A model generated the notes under the pieces. It saw nothing but the letters and a program-made list of their open reading frames with translations, searched no databases and was not told the origin of the DNA. From NCBI RefSeq assembly GCF_006345805.1, contig NC_042997.1, forward strand, positions 20,832,001 to 20,896,000: DNA of 64,000 nt, written 5' to 3'. Source of the stretch: Octopus sinensis (Eukaryota). Both the position numbers and the translations under genes were made by a program. Below, piece by piece: positions 38,001 through 51,808 of the stretch (its first letter is position 1; every line of letters starts with the position of its first letter).

Positions 38001-39149
38001 CTAGCAAGAATAAACCAAGTAACTGATGTTACAAAATCTAGAAACACTACAACTAGACTATACAATATTATTCTGACGATATACCATTGTCTGTTATCTT
38101 ACATTTTCATTTTATTTAGTGTAACTATTTGCAAGCATGATTGTTTAAGTAAGATGCTTACTTATCAACTATGAGATTTTAGGCTTGATCTTTGAGTCAA
38201 ACAAAGCTTATATGTGATACTTGGCCAATGTAAATTATACAGAAGCTAGTCACAGGGATTGTGTCTGGGGAGAGTCATTTTCTTTTTTTTTTTTGTGCCT
38301 TTCCACTTTTTTTCTTATTTTTATTTTCCTAAAATTTTCGTTGCATCTTACAACCTTAGGGATTGTTTTCACTCTGTTCATTGTTAGCACACTTAGTACT
38401 TTTCCCACTATAACACTAGTACCTCTCTCTTGGATTCTTTTAAGAGAGTATACTCAAGCATTCAGACATCATCACTGGTCGGAGAATAACTTTTTCCCCA
38501 TCCTTACAGCAAGCCCTAGAAGCCCCCCAAAAGGCTCATGGGCACTACTCTACAACACTTATGCATTAGACATATCCATGGAAACTTTGAATTATAGTTT
38601 TACAGATTGGTATCCTTCCTAACACTAATCATAGAGGAAGATCAGTCAATACAAGATCTTCTATACAGTCACACTCCTTGCTGGAAATAATTGCTAAAAT
38701 CTCTTTAGAATCACATCTTAGAGCTTTTAATAAAGAAGGGCACATTAAATAATTTAGTCCAGTACTTGAAAAATAAAGCAATTTGTTTGAATGTATTCAT
38801 TCGTAAGCCTCCTTCAATAAAACAAAGTTAATCTTGGTTGGCTAGAACCACAATCAAGAATATTCCTATTGTGACCACCCATTGTGGTCACAATAGCTAC
38901 ATTTTTTATTCACCTTTCCTTTCTTAACATTGTAGTATATGATTTAAAAGAAATTTGGCTGCTATTTCTAGCAGGTTGGGACACTGCATCATGGTTTATT
39001 ATTCAACTTACAGAGCTCTTGGTAGCTTTTATAACAGGAACTGAATACCGAAAACTCATAGTGACACCTTGAGCAAATGTAATCCATGAAGGTTCCAATT
39101 CTGCTGAAGCCATGTGAATGAATCTGGGAAGATGAAAACTATGCATAAT

Positions 39150-39650
39150 CTCATCTTCTTCTTCTTCTTTATGCCTTTAACCCTCCAACACGGAGTATAG
39201 TTCTTAGGCCTACCTCTCCTTCTATATCCATCCAGTTTCCACTGTAAAGCATTTTTCGCTACATTTGGTGTGTCTTTTCTAATTGTGCTACCAATCCACT
39301 TCCACTTCTTCATTTGTTCTTTGCCATAGCTCCATATTGCTTATGTGTTCAGGCCATCTAATTTTAAGTATACTATGCAAGCATCTGTTGATGAATGATT
39401 GTGTTTGCTTATTTTACTTAACTGTTGTTCGCCATGACTCAGCCCCATACAATAACACTGCTTTTACGTTAGTGTTAAAAATTCTTATTTTGTTCTTTAT
39501 TGAAATTACACTCCAAATTGCACTCCATACTTTCTTTAACAGGTGAAAAACGGTCCTTGCCTTACTTATTCTTGTCTTAATATCTTCGTCAGTGCTGCCT
39601 GAAAATGTTATCTTACTACCTAAATACGTAAACTCATCAGATGGCTGCAA
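39150..39650 (-). mobile_element. RTE-like LINE 3' fragment
   Basis: FTYLGS...RISKAR...LLYGAESW, then RRRGRPK and an (AAG)n tail. Confidence 0.85.
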
Positions 39651-40394
39651 TTGTTCTAGGGTATTAAACTTAGTTTGTCACTTAGTTTACCATCTTCCAC
39701 TGGGTTCCTGAAGTAGAACTCACATTTTGATCAAGTCTCCAGTCAGGGGTTATCCAAGACCTTCTTCCTTTTCATCTCTCACTAGCCTCTTCCAAAGCCC
39801 AGTAAATAAAAAAAGTCAAGGGTGTTGCCATTTCTTAAAATGACTAAGAAACACCCACTCACACATACACACACAAAAAAAGAAAAATCTTTTGATTAGC
39901 CACTACCTGACATTTTTACCACCTATATTCTCTTTATAAAAGAGCTACTAGCAATAATCCGCAATATGAAGTAAATTGTAGTAACACGTACACTGCGTAT
40001 AAATATTAAGTAAATTTCCATATATTTTTTGTGCTAGGTTTTCACATTAAATAGTTTCAAGTTGTTTTATATTAAGTTTCCCATCAGACTGGTTAGTGAG
40101 GATGAGAATGTTAAAATATTCTTAAGCTTTATGTCAATGTGACTTTCCAGTATATTCAGGAGCAAAATTATCATTGAGTGAAGGCTGTTTCTAATATTAG
40201 ATTCTATGTAACCTTGTTTCAAGTGTTTTTGAGCAAAGAACATTAGGAAGTAAACATCACAAATAAAAGTTTATTGCGTGTTTCATTATAGATGTATCTT
40301 GATGTACAGAGCAAAAACAAGAATGGATTTGACTGGGTGTTGGGATGGGTATTTCATGTTGGGTATTTTATTTTATTGTGGGGAATTGAGAGTA

Positions 40395-40603
40395 TCTGGG
40401 TTTGCCACAAGAGCAGCTTGGGGGAGGTGGAGATGAGTCAATTACATCAACCCCAGTGTTCAACTGGTACTTATTTTATCGACCCCTAAAGGATGAAAGG
40501 TAAAGTCGACCTTGGCGGAATTTAAACTCAGAATGTAAAGATAGGTGAAAAACCGCTAAGCATTTTGTCCAGCGTGCTAACAATTTTGCCAGCTCACCAC
40601 CTT
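40395..40603 (-). mobile_element. SINE family B
   Basis: Inverted relative to 40745-40978. Confidence 0.85.
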
Positions 40604-40744
40604 AGTTTACCATTTAATAATAAAAGTCCTTCATTTAATTATAGATTTTGAAGGTGCTGAATGCTTGGCTCATCTCTGTGAAAGGATTAGATTTTAGGCA
40701 CTTTGACATGTTCTGATACCAAATAAAATGATAAATCACTAGAA

Positions 40745-40978
40745 AGGTGGCGAGCTGGCAGAAACGTTAGCACACCAGGCGAAATGCCTAGTGGTACTTC
40801 GTCTGCTACTACGTTCTGAGTTCAAATTCTGCCGAAGTTGATTTGCCTTTCATCCTTTTGTGGTCGATTAAATAAGTACCAGTTATGCACTGGGGTCGAT
40901 ATAATCGACTTTATCCATCTGTCTGTTCTTATTTGTCCCCTCTGTGTGTAGCCCCCTGTGGGTAGTAAAGAAATAAGA
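40745..40978 (+). mobile_element. tRNA-derived SINE family B
   Basis: ggcgagctggcagaaacgttagc...gagttcaaattc...aagtaccagtt. Diverged copies near 18790, 19770, 22305, 32250, 54133 and 59125. Confidence 0.85.
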
Positions 40979-41179
40979 AAGTATGAAGGATATAACATTA
41001 AGTAAATAAAAGCGATTTCAAATAGTTTTGTTTAACCAGAAATACATAAATGAATGACTATTGTCAGAAATAGTAAGATAGATAAATGTATATACATATG
41101 TACACATACACATTATGCATACAAATATGCAGCATGATTGTCCTCTTAATCAAAAAAGCAACATGAATGTGACTTTCAA

Positions 41180-41640
41180 TCCTTCTTGTACAGATGTGGT
41201 AATGATGGGTGCCTCTGACAGTAGGTGTTATGATACTGTTTTGGTGAACCTTCATATGATGTTTTTAGTCTGCCTCCAGATGCACACTCTTTTCCACACC
41301 CCCTGCAAGTAGAGTTGCTATATAATGCATAGTCAATAACTTCCCTGTGTGTTGCTTCTCTGATGTCTTCTAAGGCCTGCCTTACATAGGCAAACATGCT
41401 CACACTTATTACATGTTAACAACAATACCCTCAGGAACATCTCTCTTGAGCAGTTCATGCTTGATACAATTTTTTTTGAATTTCCTTCTCTCATCATACA
41501 CTACTTTCCTCTATGATAAGAGAGACAGAGCAAAGGTTTCCTTTTATTTTCTAAGATTTTGACTCTCCCCAATGTATTTTTGATCCAGTCCTTCTACCTT
41601 AATTTCAGTTTGTGCACTTGCCCCTTACCTTCCACTAACT
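41180..41640 (-). mobile_element. Decayed LINE RT fragment
   Basis: KAYVRQALED..REVIDYAL..GV-like remnant. Confidence 0.45.
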
Positions 41641-41841
41641 CAGCATACTTGAATTGCTTACAGATCTGATTATCTTCAATCCTGATATAACCACTTCATC
41701 ACAAACCAGTACAACTTGTCACGTAGTCAGACTGTCGGTAGCGAAACTGGCAACCTTACCAAACCTGTTTGATAAGGACAGTGTTTTGTGTTGGATACTT
41801 GGCGAAATGAAAATCAAAACCTGTCAAAGAGCAGACAGATG

Positions 41842-41901
<60 letters not shown>

Positions 41902-41983
41902 TCAATATAAGGGTAGCAAAAAATTCAATAGAAATTTTTTTCGCCACCAGCGGTCTAGTGAGAAAGAGAAAATAGTCACAGAC

Positions 41984-42051
41984 TATATATATATAATTTC
42001 AACAATATTAAGGAATGGCCCTGATAGGCCATTCCTTAATATTGTTGAAAT

Positions 42052-42063
<12 letters not shown>
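41984..42063. repeat. Perfect palindrome with CTGATA loop inside (TA)n
   Basis: taatttcaacaatattaaggaatggcc-ctgata-ggccattccttaatattgttgaaatta. Confidence 0.95.
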
Positions 42064-42082
<19 letters not shown>

Positions 42083-42111
42083 ATATATATAATATACATG
42101 TGTGTATGTGT

Positions 42112-42142
<31 letters not shown>

Positions 42143-42175
42143 CACATATATATATATATACACACATATATATAT

Positions 42176-42210
<35 letters not shown>

Positions 42211-42510
42211 AAACATATGTGTGTGTGTACATGCACATGAGCATGTGTGCAAATTTTATTTTGGTATGGTGTGGTAGTTTTGGGCTAATGGAAGTGTTTT
42301 GGCTTATGTTTGGCTCAGGTTCTGGTGTGTTTCTGTTCATGTGTGCATGTGTGTAAAAAACCAATAAGAAGGAATTATAAATAAACAGATAAATAAAAGA
42401 ATGGGATATAAGCAGAAGCTTTTACATGAAGTATTATGTTACCATCACTGGGGGCTAGTAGAATTTGTCACTTCAGTCATTTATGTGTTTGCGTGTGTGT
42501 GTGTGTGTGT

Positions 42511-42565
<55 letters not shown>

Positions 42566-43952
42566 AGTGTGTTTATGTGGGTGGAAATGTTTATGTGTGT
42601 GAATGTGAATGTGAGTGTATATGTGGGTGTTCAGATGTGATTTTAAAATGTATTTGTGGGTTTGTTGAACTACTTATTTGCATGGGTATGTATCATTCAT
42701 TGCATGTATGACTTGTGTGTGCTACATGTGTGTGCATTGAATCCATTTGTTAATGTATTAGCATAAATGCATACATGTGAGTGTTTTCTATTGGCAAGTA
42801 AACGCAGTCAGTTTTATAGTTATTGCTAGTTCTGATGTACATGTGTATATATGTATGTGAGAGAGAATGTGTGTGTGTGTATGTGTGCATGTGACTGTGT
42901 GTTTATGTCTGTGCAGGTTTATGATAACTGGAACTCTATATTGTTAATTTGTGTGATTTTGTTTCAGTTAGTTTGAGTTAACTAGTGTTTGTATGTGCAT
43001 GCATGTGTGTATGTGTGTGTGAATATCTATGTATGTAAAGTTATACCGGATATCAAATTGCTATTTGGATGTGTGCATTGGCATAGATATCTGTATATAT
43101 AAAAGGCAGGATGTGAGTGTGTGTGTGTGTGTGTACGTGAATGCAATTTATGCATGTCCACAAATTAGCATGCATGTCGCTCCAAATTTAGGAGGACATT
43201 CATCATGATCCTAGCTGTATTTTCGTCAACTTATTTTTCCCAGAGGCACCAGCCAGCAAATAGCAGTAAAAATAAATTTTCAACCAAAACTTTTAACAAT
43301 TCTCAAGTCAGAGAAATCACCATTGTTTGCACACAGGAGGTAGATCCCCTTCTAGCGACGAGTAAGTTTTTGTTAAGAATTTTGTTGTTTTTTTTCCATC
43401 AAGGAAAAAAGTGTTTTGTTGATCTATGGGCAACACCCGCACACACATGTATGTGTACGAAAAACATGTATGCAATAGGTGTGCGTATGCATGTATGTGT
43501 ATGTGTGAGTGTGTGTTGTCCATATATATATATTTATATATCAAAATAAGTGACAAGGATCCAGAGGTAATGCAGTACGATTGTTTCATGCAACTCCATT
43601 TAATTGAACAATGCAATCATTACATCAATTTAAAATGTAGAGCAATCTTCAGCTGCATAAAGACATAGAATTTAATTAAAATTAGAACAGCTGGACACAT
43701 TAGTATAATTATACCTAAAATCTTCAAGAAGTTAAGGAAAGAGACAAAGAACATGCTATCTCTACTTCAGCATGGAAGTTACTAAAATTATCAAGAAGAC
43801 TCTGCCTGCCACTGATATTTTTGTCTTTATGGGGTCAGTTTTGATTTACAGACTAGTTTATCAAATCCCTTGTATATCCAAGGCTGAGAGAACAGAGGGC
43901 ATTATCTGTTAGGGGTAGAGCTGAGGGAGTCGACAGACATTCTAGTTGGTAT

Positions 43953-44330
43953 ACTCTTTACTCTTTTACTCTTTTACTTGTATCAGTCATGTGACTGTAG
44001 CCATGCTGGAGCACCACCTTTAGTCGATCAAATCGACCCCAGGACTTGTTCTTTGTAAGCCTAGTACTTATTTTATCAGTCTCTTTTTTGCCAAACCACT
44101 AAGTTACGGGGACATAAACACACCAGCATCAGTTTTCAAGTGATGTTGGGGGAACAAACACAGACACGAACATGCACATACATATATATATATATATATA
44201 CATATATACGACAAGCTTCTTTCAGTTTCCGCCTACCAAATCCACTCACAAGACTTTGGTCAGCCCGAGGCTATAGTAGAAGACACTTACCCAAGGTGCC
44301 ATGCAGTGGGACTGAACCCGGAACCATGTG
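43953..44330 (-). mobile_element. SINE family A, 5'-clipped
   Basis: Reverse-complement match lacking the first ~35 nt. Confidence 0.85.
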
Positions 44331-44839
44331 CTATAGTCATAAAAAATCAAGATTTATTATAAGGATTATCATGAGGTTTAGTAAAGGAAAACTTAAAACA
44401 AGTCTTCTAATTGGAACTTCGGTATTTAATATATTATGCTATGGTCAAAAATCAAATTTAGATACAAGCACTTTCATATATTTTGGAATAGAATCTTTTA
44501 ACTCATGGGTGAATCAAACTTCAGGCTTTTAGCAGTGCTTGGTACATTAAACCTTTAATGATAGATAATTCCAGTTGTCCAACTCCAAGAAGGATGACTG
44601 AACTCATTTATTGTGTATGTGTATTATTTGCACACATGTAAATAATGATATATTTGTATTTAAACACAACTATGTCAATGAATGATGAGAAACTCGTTTA
44701 TATATGTGCCTATAATCAGCATGAGTTACGTCAGATTGATAACATTTAGCCACCACAATATTTAGATATACTATTTCTAATATTTAGAAATTGTATTCAT
44801 AATATAATTCAATATACTAAATTATACTGCCTTGTTTAA

Positions 44840-45059
44840 ACCTTTTGATACCAACCCGGCTGAAACCGGCTCTGGCTCCGGGTACAAATGTTTTATTTTC
44901 ATAAGTTCTGAATTAAAATCTTCCACCAAACCTTAGTCACAATTTATGTTCCTAACACCAACGGAAAGATAACTAAGTTATTTTACTAAATTCTTTGTTA
45001 TATTTCAAGTAATTGAAAGAAACACAGAGCATCTCAAAATAAATACAGTAACGAAAGGG
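44840..45059. mobile_element. piggyBac-like MITE (TTAA target)
   Basis: TTAA|accttttgatac ... gtaacgaaaggg|TTAA imperfect TIRs. Confidence 0.75.
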
Positions 45060-46061
45060 TTAAAACATTATGTCGCTTGGAATGAATTTAAGCGTCTGCT
45101 TGAAAATTCCTGGACAAATGGCAATGGTATTCGAAGAATGGTTTTGGAACAGCTGCAATCTCTATGTAAATAATGTTGCAGTAGTTACAAGTATATAAAA
45201 AAGGTGGTTTGATTCTTTCTCCTGTTTTCACCATCATTGCCATTAGCATATTGTCATTATCCTCATCAGTGTCATTTTCATCATGTTCCTCGTGACCATC
45301 ATTGTCATCTTTATTATCCTTGTTGTCATCGTCCTTTCTTCTCCACCACCACTACCACACCACCACTACCATCATCACTACCACTACCATCATTCATCAT
45401 CATCAGCAGCAGCAGCCGTTCAAGAATTTGGACCTGGAGATCCCCATTTCCAGTGACTTCAAGGGTCACCTCCCAGTGGTTGTTGGGCTTCAACGAAGAA
45501 CCCTCAATTACAAGACAACCCAAATTTTTTTTTTCCGAGGTCTGGGGTCTCCCGCCCCTAACACCCTTACCCATCTTGTTGCTTAACAACAGCAACAACA
45601 ACAGCAGCAGCAGCAATATTATCGCTTTTATGTCTACATCTCCATTCTGGTACAGATGGACAAAACTTCTTGAGACTGTACTATAGTCATGTGACTTTCC
45701 TGAAAACAATTCTTACTTGTCTTGCAAGTAAGGTACATTACTCCTTGCCATTGATTGTCAAACTGGTATGGAACATTTTATTTATGTGATTCTTGAGACC
45801 ACTACTGAAAGGGAATAATCACCGCCAATGACATCCATAAACTCTTCTTGTCACCAATACTCACTTTCTTCCAAGCAAAATAATATTTTCTCTTGTCTGC
45901 TGAACAACAGACAGCTTAACTCTGTCCAAATCAGGCAAGCATGAAAAAGTGGACACTAAAACGATGATGATCATGATGATGATGATGGTATACATATATG
46001 TGTGTGTATGTATATGTGTGTACGTGTGTATGTGTGTGTGCATGTGCATGTGTGTGTATAT

Positions 46062-46590
46062 CATCGTCGTCATCATCATCAACGGTTAACATCCACTTTC
46101 CGTGTTGGTGTGGGTTGGATGGTTTGACCGAGGACTGGTGAGCCAGAAGACTGCACCAGGCTCAGTCTGATCCGGCAAAGTTTCTACAGCTGGATGCCCT
46201 TCCTAATGCCAACCACTCCGAGAGTGTAGTGGGTGCTTTTACATGCCACCAGCATGAGGGCCAGTCAGGCGATTCTGGCAATGACCACATTCAAAAGGTG
46301 TTTTTATGTGCTACCTGCATAGGAGCCAGTCCGGCAGCACTGGCATCGACCAAGCTTGAAAGTTGTTTTTCACATGTCACCAGCGATGATCACACTCGAA
46401 TGGTGCTTTTTATGTGCCACCGGCACAGGAGCCACTTCGTGGCCCTGGCAACAGCCACGCTCAGATTTGCTTTTAACATTCCACTGGCACAAGTGCCAAT
46501 CAGGTGGTATTGTCATCAGCCATGTCAGTGATTTTGATTTGATTTAGCTGCCTCAATAGGTCTTCATAAGCAAAGTTTATTGTCCAATAG
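46062..46590 (-). mobile_element. SINE-like family C with internal subrepeats
   Basis: Same tail; repeated gtgcttttta..tgccacc units. Confidence 0.8.
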
Positions 46591-46610
46591 ATGATATATA
46601 TATATATATA

Positions 46611-47269
46611 TATAATATAATAAATGCAAATGTCAGTGTGTCAGTGTGTCACACATTTTCAAATTTACTCCTAGAAGCCGTAGCCCAACATATCATACCA
46701 TTTTGGAATCAGGCTAAATCTGAGAGTAAATTTAAAACATTCAGAGCTAAATCTGAACCCACAATCCTGAAATTTTGGATCCCCAAGTTTTCATTATTGG
46801 AGTTGTTTTTGACGAATTTTCTATGTGCCTTTTTGAGACAAATTTTTTTGTTCAATAACAATTTTTATAATCTAAAGGCTGGCTCTGTGAATAAATTTAA
46901 AACACTCTGGGCTGAATCTAGACTCACAATCCTGAAATTTTGGATTCATAAGTTTTTACTACTGTGACTGTTTATAGTAATTTTTTTACATGATCTTTTG
47001 CAAGGAATTTTTTTGTATGATAACAATTTTTATAACTCGGAAATAATTTTGGAAATAATCGAAATTAATTGCAAAATCCAGCAATTATTTTCGGTGATTT
47101 TTTTACAGGATTTTTTTGCGATGAATATGATCATTATTGAAATATGACTCTGGAGGAAACAATTACAACAATTTCTCGAAAACAAGTTAGATATCTGTTT
47201 GCAGATTTTCCAATTCAGGGTCAGTAGCTTAAAAGCTATATACTGCCCGATAGGGTAACTTTTAAGCTA

Positions 47270-47270
<1 letters not shown>
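46611..47270 (+). mobile_element. Non-autonomous Helitron-like element
   Basis: 5' tataatataataaatgcaaatgt plus a short repeat; 3' hairpin tgccc-gata-gggta followed by CTAG|T; internal duplication of about 170 bp. Confidence 0.6.
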
Positions 47271-47320
<50 letters not shown>

Positions 47321-48348
47321 CATGGACTCTCCTGTCATTAGACGATATATAAGGGTATGGCATTTTCTTGCCAAACAACCACACAGATGATTTGTTTATA
47401 GTGATCAAATGTTTGTGTACACATAAGCTCACTCCCTCCATCAAATTGACATTACCTGTACAGGTGCACTGTGTGCCACATGTCAGATGACAAAATGATC
47501 GTAGAGCAACATGAAATGAAGTGCTTTGCTCAAGAACATAACGCAACCCCCAGGTCTGATAATCAAACCCACAATCCCACAATCGTGATTGCAATACTCT
47601 AACCACTAAGCCATGTGCTTTCAAATATATATATATATCATCATCGTTTAACGTCCGTTTTCCATGCTAGCATGGGTTGGCCGGTTTGACCGGGGTCTGG
47701 GAAGCCAGGAGGCTGCACCAGGTTCCAGTCTGATCTGGCAGTGTTTCTACAGCTGGATGCCCTTCCTAATGCCAACCACTCCATGAGTGTAGTGGGTGCT
47801 CTTTACGTGCCACCGGCACAGGTGCCAGGGGACATATGTATATATATATATATATAGGCACAGACAAGGCTGTATAGTTAAGAAGTTTATATTTTAAAAC
47901 ATTGCTTAGTGTTCAGTACCACTGTGTGCCATCTTAAACAAGCATCTTTTACTAACTAGAGCACCAGGCTAACTAAAGCTATGTGAATGGATTTGGTAGA
48001 CAGAAACCAAAGGAATATGATATATGTTCACAAGTGTGTGTCTGTTTGTGCTCAGGTTTCCTTATCTTGAGATTTCTCACTGGTTGTAAATGAGTATCAC
48101 TGTCATATAAGCAGTGTAATTCATTTTACTCTCTTCCATGAAATAGTGCTTTTTGAGTTTGAAGTTTCTTCAGAAAACATTACCTTGTATAGAAATAGGT
48201 AAAGATTGATAGCTAGAAAGATATCTGGTCATAGAATATCTGCTTCAGCATATTTCATCTAATGATGATATATGTGTGTGAGTGATATATATATTATGCA
48301 TATGAATATATGTATGTATGTGTGTATGTATGTATGTATGTATGTATG

Positions 48349-48382
<34 letters not shown>

Positions 48383-50039
48383 TATGTGTACATATATGTA
48401 TATATATATTTGTGTGTATATATATACATATATATATATATATAAAATATATATATATACTAAATTAATAATTCTATATATAATTATATTTGCTACCTAG
48501 GTGACCAAGTCTGTAGGGGGATGGTTGCTCTGAGAGTGTGGTGACTAGAGTATGAATATATATATTTTTATTTAATTGAATGTGATGCATCCATTTCCAT
48601 GTAAGTATATATATATATATATATACACACACGCACATATATGTATACATTATTGTACTGATTTCAACAATTTGATTGTGGCCAGTGACAGCAATTCTAA
48701 ATGAATTATAATCTAAATAGTTTAATTATTTTGTTTTGTCTAGATTAAACTATTTGCTAACAAAAATATTGTTTTATTTTAGCTGAAAATCTGTTATAGT
48801 TAACCTGTACAGTGAATCTCTGTCCTTGGTACTGTAAAATATCATTGCTTACTTCGTCTTATGTAATATGCAAATTTACACCTAATGTTCTAGAAAAATC
48901 TTTTAAGATAATGTATTACTTATCAGTTCTTATTTTTATGAAGAAATCCTCTGTGAAAAAATGTTAATAGAGCTGTCATTCTCTTTGAAATTATGTTAAT
49001 CATATGAACTGTTGTCAGCTTATTTCAATGAAACAGAAAAAGGTTTAACTTGTATTTCCAGTTTTTACTCTGTTTGTTTGTGTGTGTGTATGTGTGTGTG
49101 TGTGTGAGAATAGATTAAATTGTTTGTTGTGGAATAACAAAGTATGAGTCAGTCCATGTTGACTGTAGGGTGATACAAATTTTTGTAAGTTAGAATTTTA
49201 GATCTTTGCCAAACACAATATTAAAGGGGGACTGTTCAAGAAGTTGTCTAACAAACAGCAACATATCTTATCTGCCCTTAATCTATATGGCTTGCATTGT
49301 AACGTGTTTGTGCCAAATTGAATTCAGACTGTCATTTACATCAACAGATATCTATTGAATTAGGATTTCATGAAAATCAATTTGAAAATAAGTTTCTTGA
49401 TGATGTTTCTTCAAGTTGCATGAAATTTGAGTAAGGAAAGTTACAATGTGAAAGTTTAGAAAATCAAATTTATTAGGAAAATAACTCGTATTTTGGCATA
49501 TAGAATCTAATAAGTGATTTAGCAGATCATTAGAATCTATAATTAATTTAGAGTTGTTCTAGTCAAGTAAAACGAAGGATATAATGTTGTTTGGTGTAGA
49601 TATTATACGGGTAGTATGTGTTAGCATTAGTTGTTGTTTGTCAGAGGTAGGCTTCTGTAATTGTTTGTCAGTAGTGGGTAGATTCAGCTATTGATAGTGG
49701 CAGATAGTTACAACAGTTCTAAAGAGGGTGGAGAACATAGATAAAGTGATTGTTAGAACTGAATAGATATAGACATTATTGGTGAGATTGTTTAACCCCA
49801 GGTCTGCATTGATAGGGAGGCATTCCAACTATGACCATCCTACCTTTTTCTATATTAGAAACCATACTGTTCACTGTAATTTTTCATTCCTTTAAAGGCA
49901 GTAGGTGTGATTTAAGTTTCTGACAACTCTTTCTAGCTCTTAGAAACTTCTGCAAGTAATAGACAAGAATAGCTTCAGTCACCTATACCATTCTACTTCG
50001 AAAGAAAGTTTAACCTCTTGCTCTTTCAAAGATTTTGAT

Positions 50040-51110
50040 ATTTGGTTTTGTAGCTGAGCCCATAATGAAGCCACTATGTGTGGTATATAAAGGGCTTAAA
50101 GACATAAGGGGAGAGGAAGCTACTTTGCCATCAAGAATGTCCAGGGAGATGCTCAAAATACTTCATCCAGGTGTCCTACCACATGACTGGTATAACAGTA
50201 TTATTTTGAACTATTTATTGAGGCAAAATGTGGAGGCATGTGGCTTAGTGGTTAGGGTGTCAGCATCATGATCATAAGATTGTGGTTTCGATTCCTAGAC
50301 TGGGTGACGCATTGTGTTCTTGAGCAAAACACTTCATTTCACGTTGTTCCAGTCCACTCAGCTGGCAAAAATGAGTTAAGCTGTGATGGACTGGCGTCCT
50401 GTCCAGCTGGGGAACACATATCCCATTGAAACTGGGAAACCATGCCATGAGCCTGGCTAGGCTTTAAAAGGGCGCAAAAATATAATTGAGGCAAAGGAGA
50501 TTCCTTGCAGAGAGGAAATTATTGAAGAACAAACTACTGGATCAAATCATGAAGGTCAGAGAGGGAGCCACAATATAACTGATCTCTGATAGAGTAAACT
50601 TAGATGAAATGCAGTTTGGCATTGTGCTTCATAGAGGTACTATGAATGCAATTTTCCTGGTGAGGCAACAGCAGGAGAAATGCTTAGCTAAAAGTAAACT
50701 ACTATTCCTGACATGGCATTTATTGGCCTTTGACAAGGTACCATTCAATGATTTGGTGGTCACTAGCGAAAGCAGGTGTAGATGAATGGTTTGTGAGGGC
50801 TGTATAAGCTATTTGTAAAGATGCAGCAAGAAAAGTGAGAATCAACAGTTATTTCAGTGATGACATTAGCATAAAGGCAGGGAGTTTATCAGGGATCAAT
50901 CCTCAGCCCTTTCCTATTCATTATAGTTCTACAGTTCATCACAGAGGAGTTTAAGATTGGCTGGCCAAAGGAAATTCTATAACTGAATCTATGTGGAATT
51001 AAAGAGGAAATTCTAGACATGGATGCTATACCTAGAAATCAGAGGCCTGAAGGTAGACTTAACAAATGTTATGGCTTTAATAAGCAGGAAAGAAGACAGA
51101 AGCCCAGCAC
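50040..51110 (+). mobile_element. Decayed RTE RT fragment split by a SINE
   Basis: Nucleotide similarity to 61300-62080 (ttagatgaaatgcagtttgg etc.); interrupted at 50230-50477. Confidence 0.75.
50230..50477 (+). mobile_element. tRNA-derived SINE family E
   Basis: Matches 51558-51808 and 53915-54130 on the minus strand. Confidence 0.85.
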
Positions 51111-51557
51111 CATAAATGAATATGCAGTTCTTTCTCTGAAGAAGGAGTTGGTTTCTAACAAAGAGACAAAGCTCCATCATTGAAATGTAGACAAGAAGAA
51201 CAATGTCACATTTCAAACTTGAGAAAAGTCTTGCATATTTTTACTGTTCCAGTTATAGCTTGTATTTATAATGCATGAGTTAGCTGGTTGATTTCTTTTT
51301 CTGCAAACCCTAGCTTTTCCAGATTGTCACTTAGGCATTTACTCACAAAACCAAGTGCAACAATTATTGTTGGTATAAGTGTGAATTTATAACCTGGATA
51401 TAGAAGCTCTATAAATGTGTGTGTATGTGTGTGTGTGAGTGTGAGAGTGTGTGTGTGAGTGTGTGTATGTGTGTGAGTGTGTGTTTGTGTGTGTGTGTGT
51501 GTGTGAGTGAGTGTGTGTGTGTATGCAGTTTTTGTTTATTAAAAAATAAATAAATAA

Positions 51558-51808
51558 TAAATGCACCCTTTTAAAGCCTAGCCAGGCTCATGGGCCTGGT
51601 TTCCTGGTTTCAATGGCATATGTGTTCCCCAGCTGGACAGGACGCCAGCCTATTGCAGCGTTACTCATTTTTGCCAGCTGAGTCGACTGGAGCAATGTGA
51701 AATGAAGTGTTTTGCTCAACAACACAATGTGTCACCTGGTCCACGTATCAAAACCACAATCTTAAGATCATGGTATTGACACCCTAACCACTAAGCCACG
51801 CACCTACA
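51558..51808 (-). mobile_element. SINE family E
   Basis: Inverted relative to 50230-50477. Confidence 0.85.
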
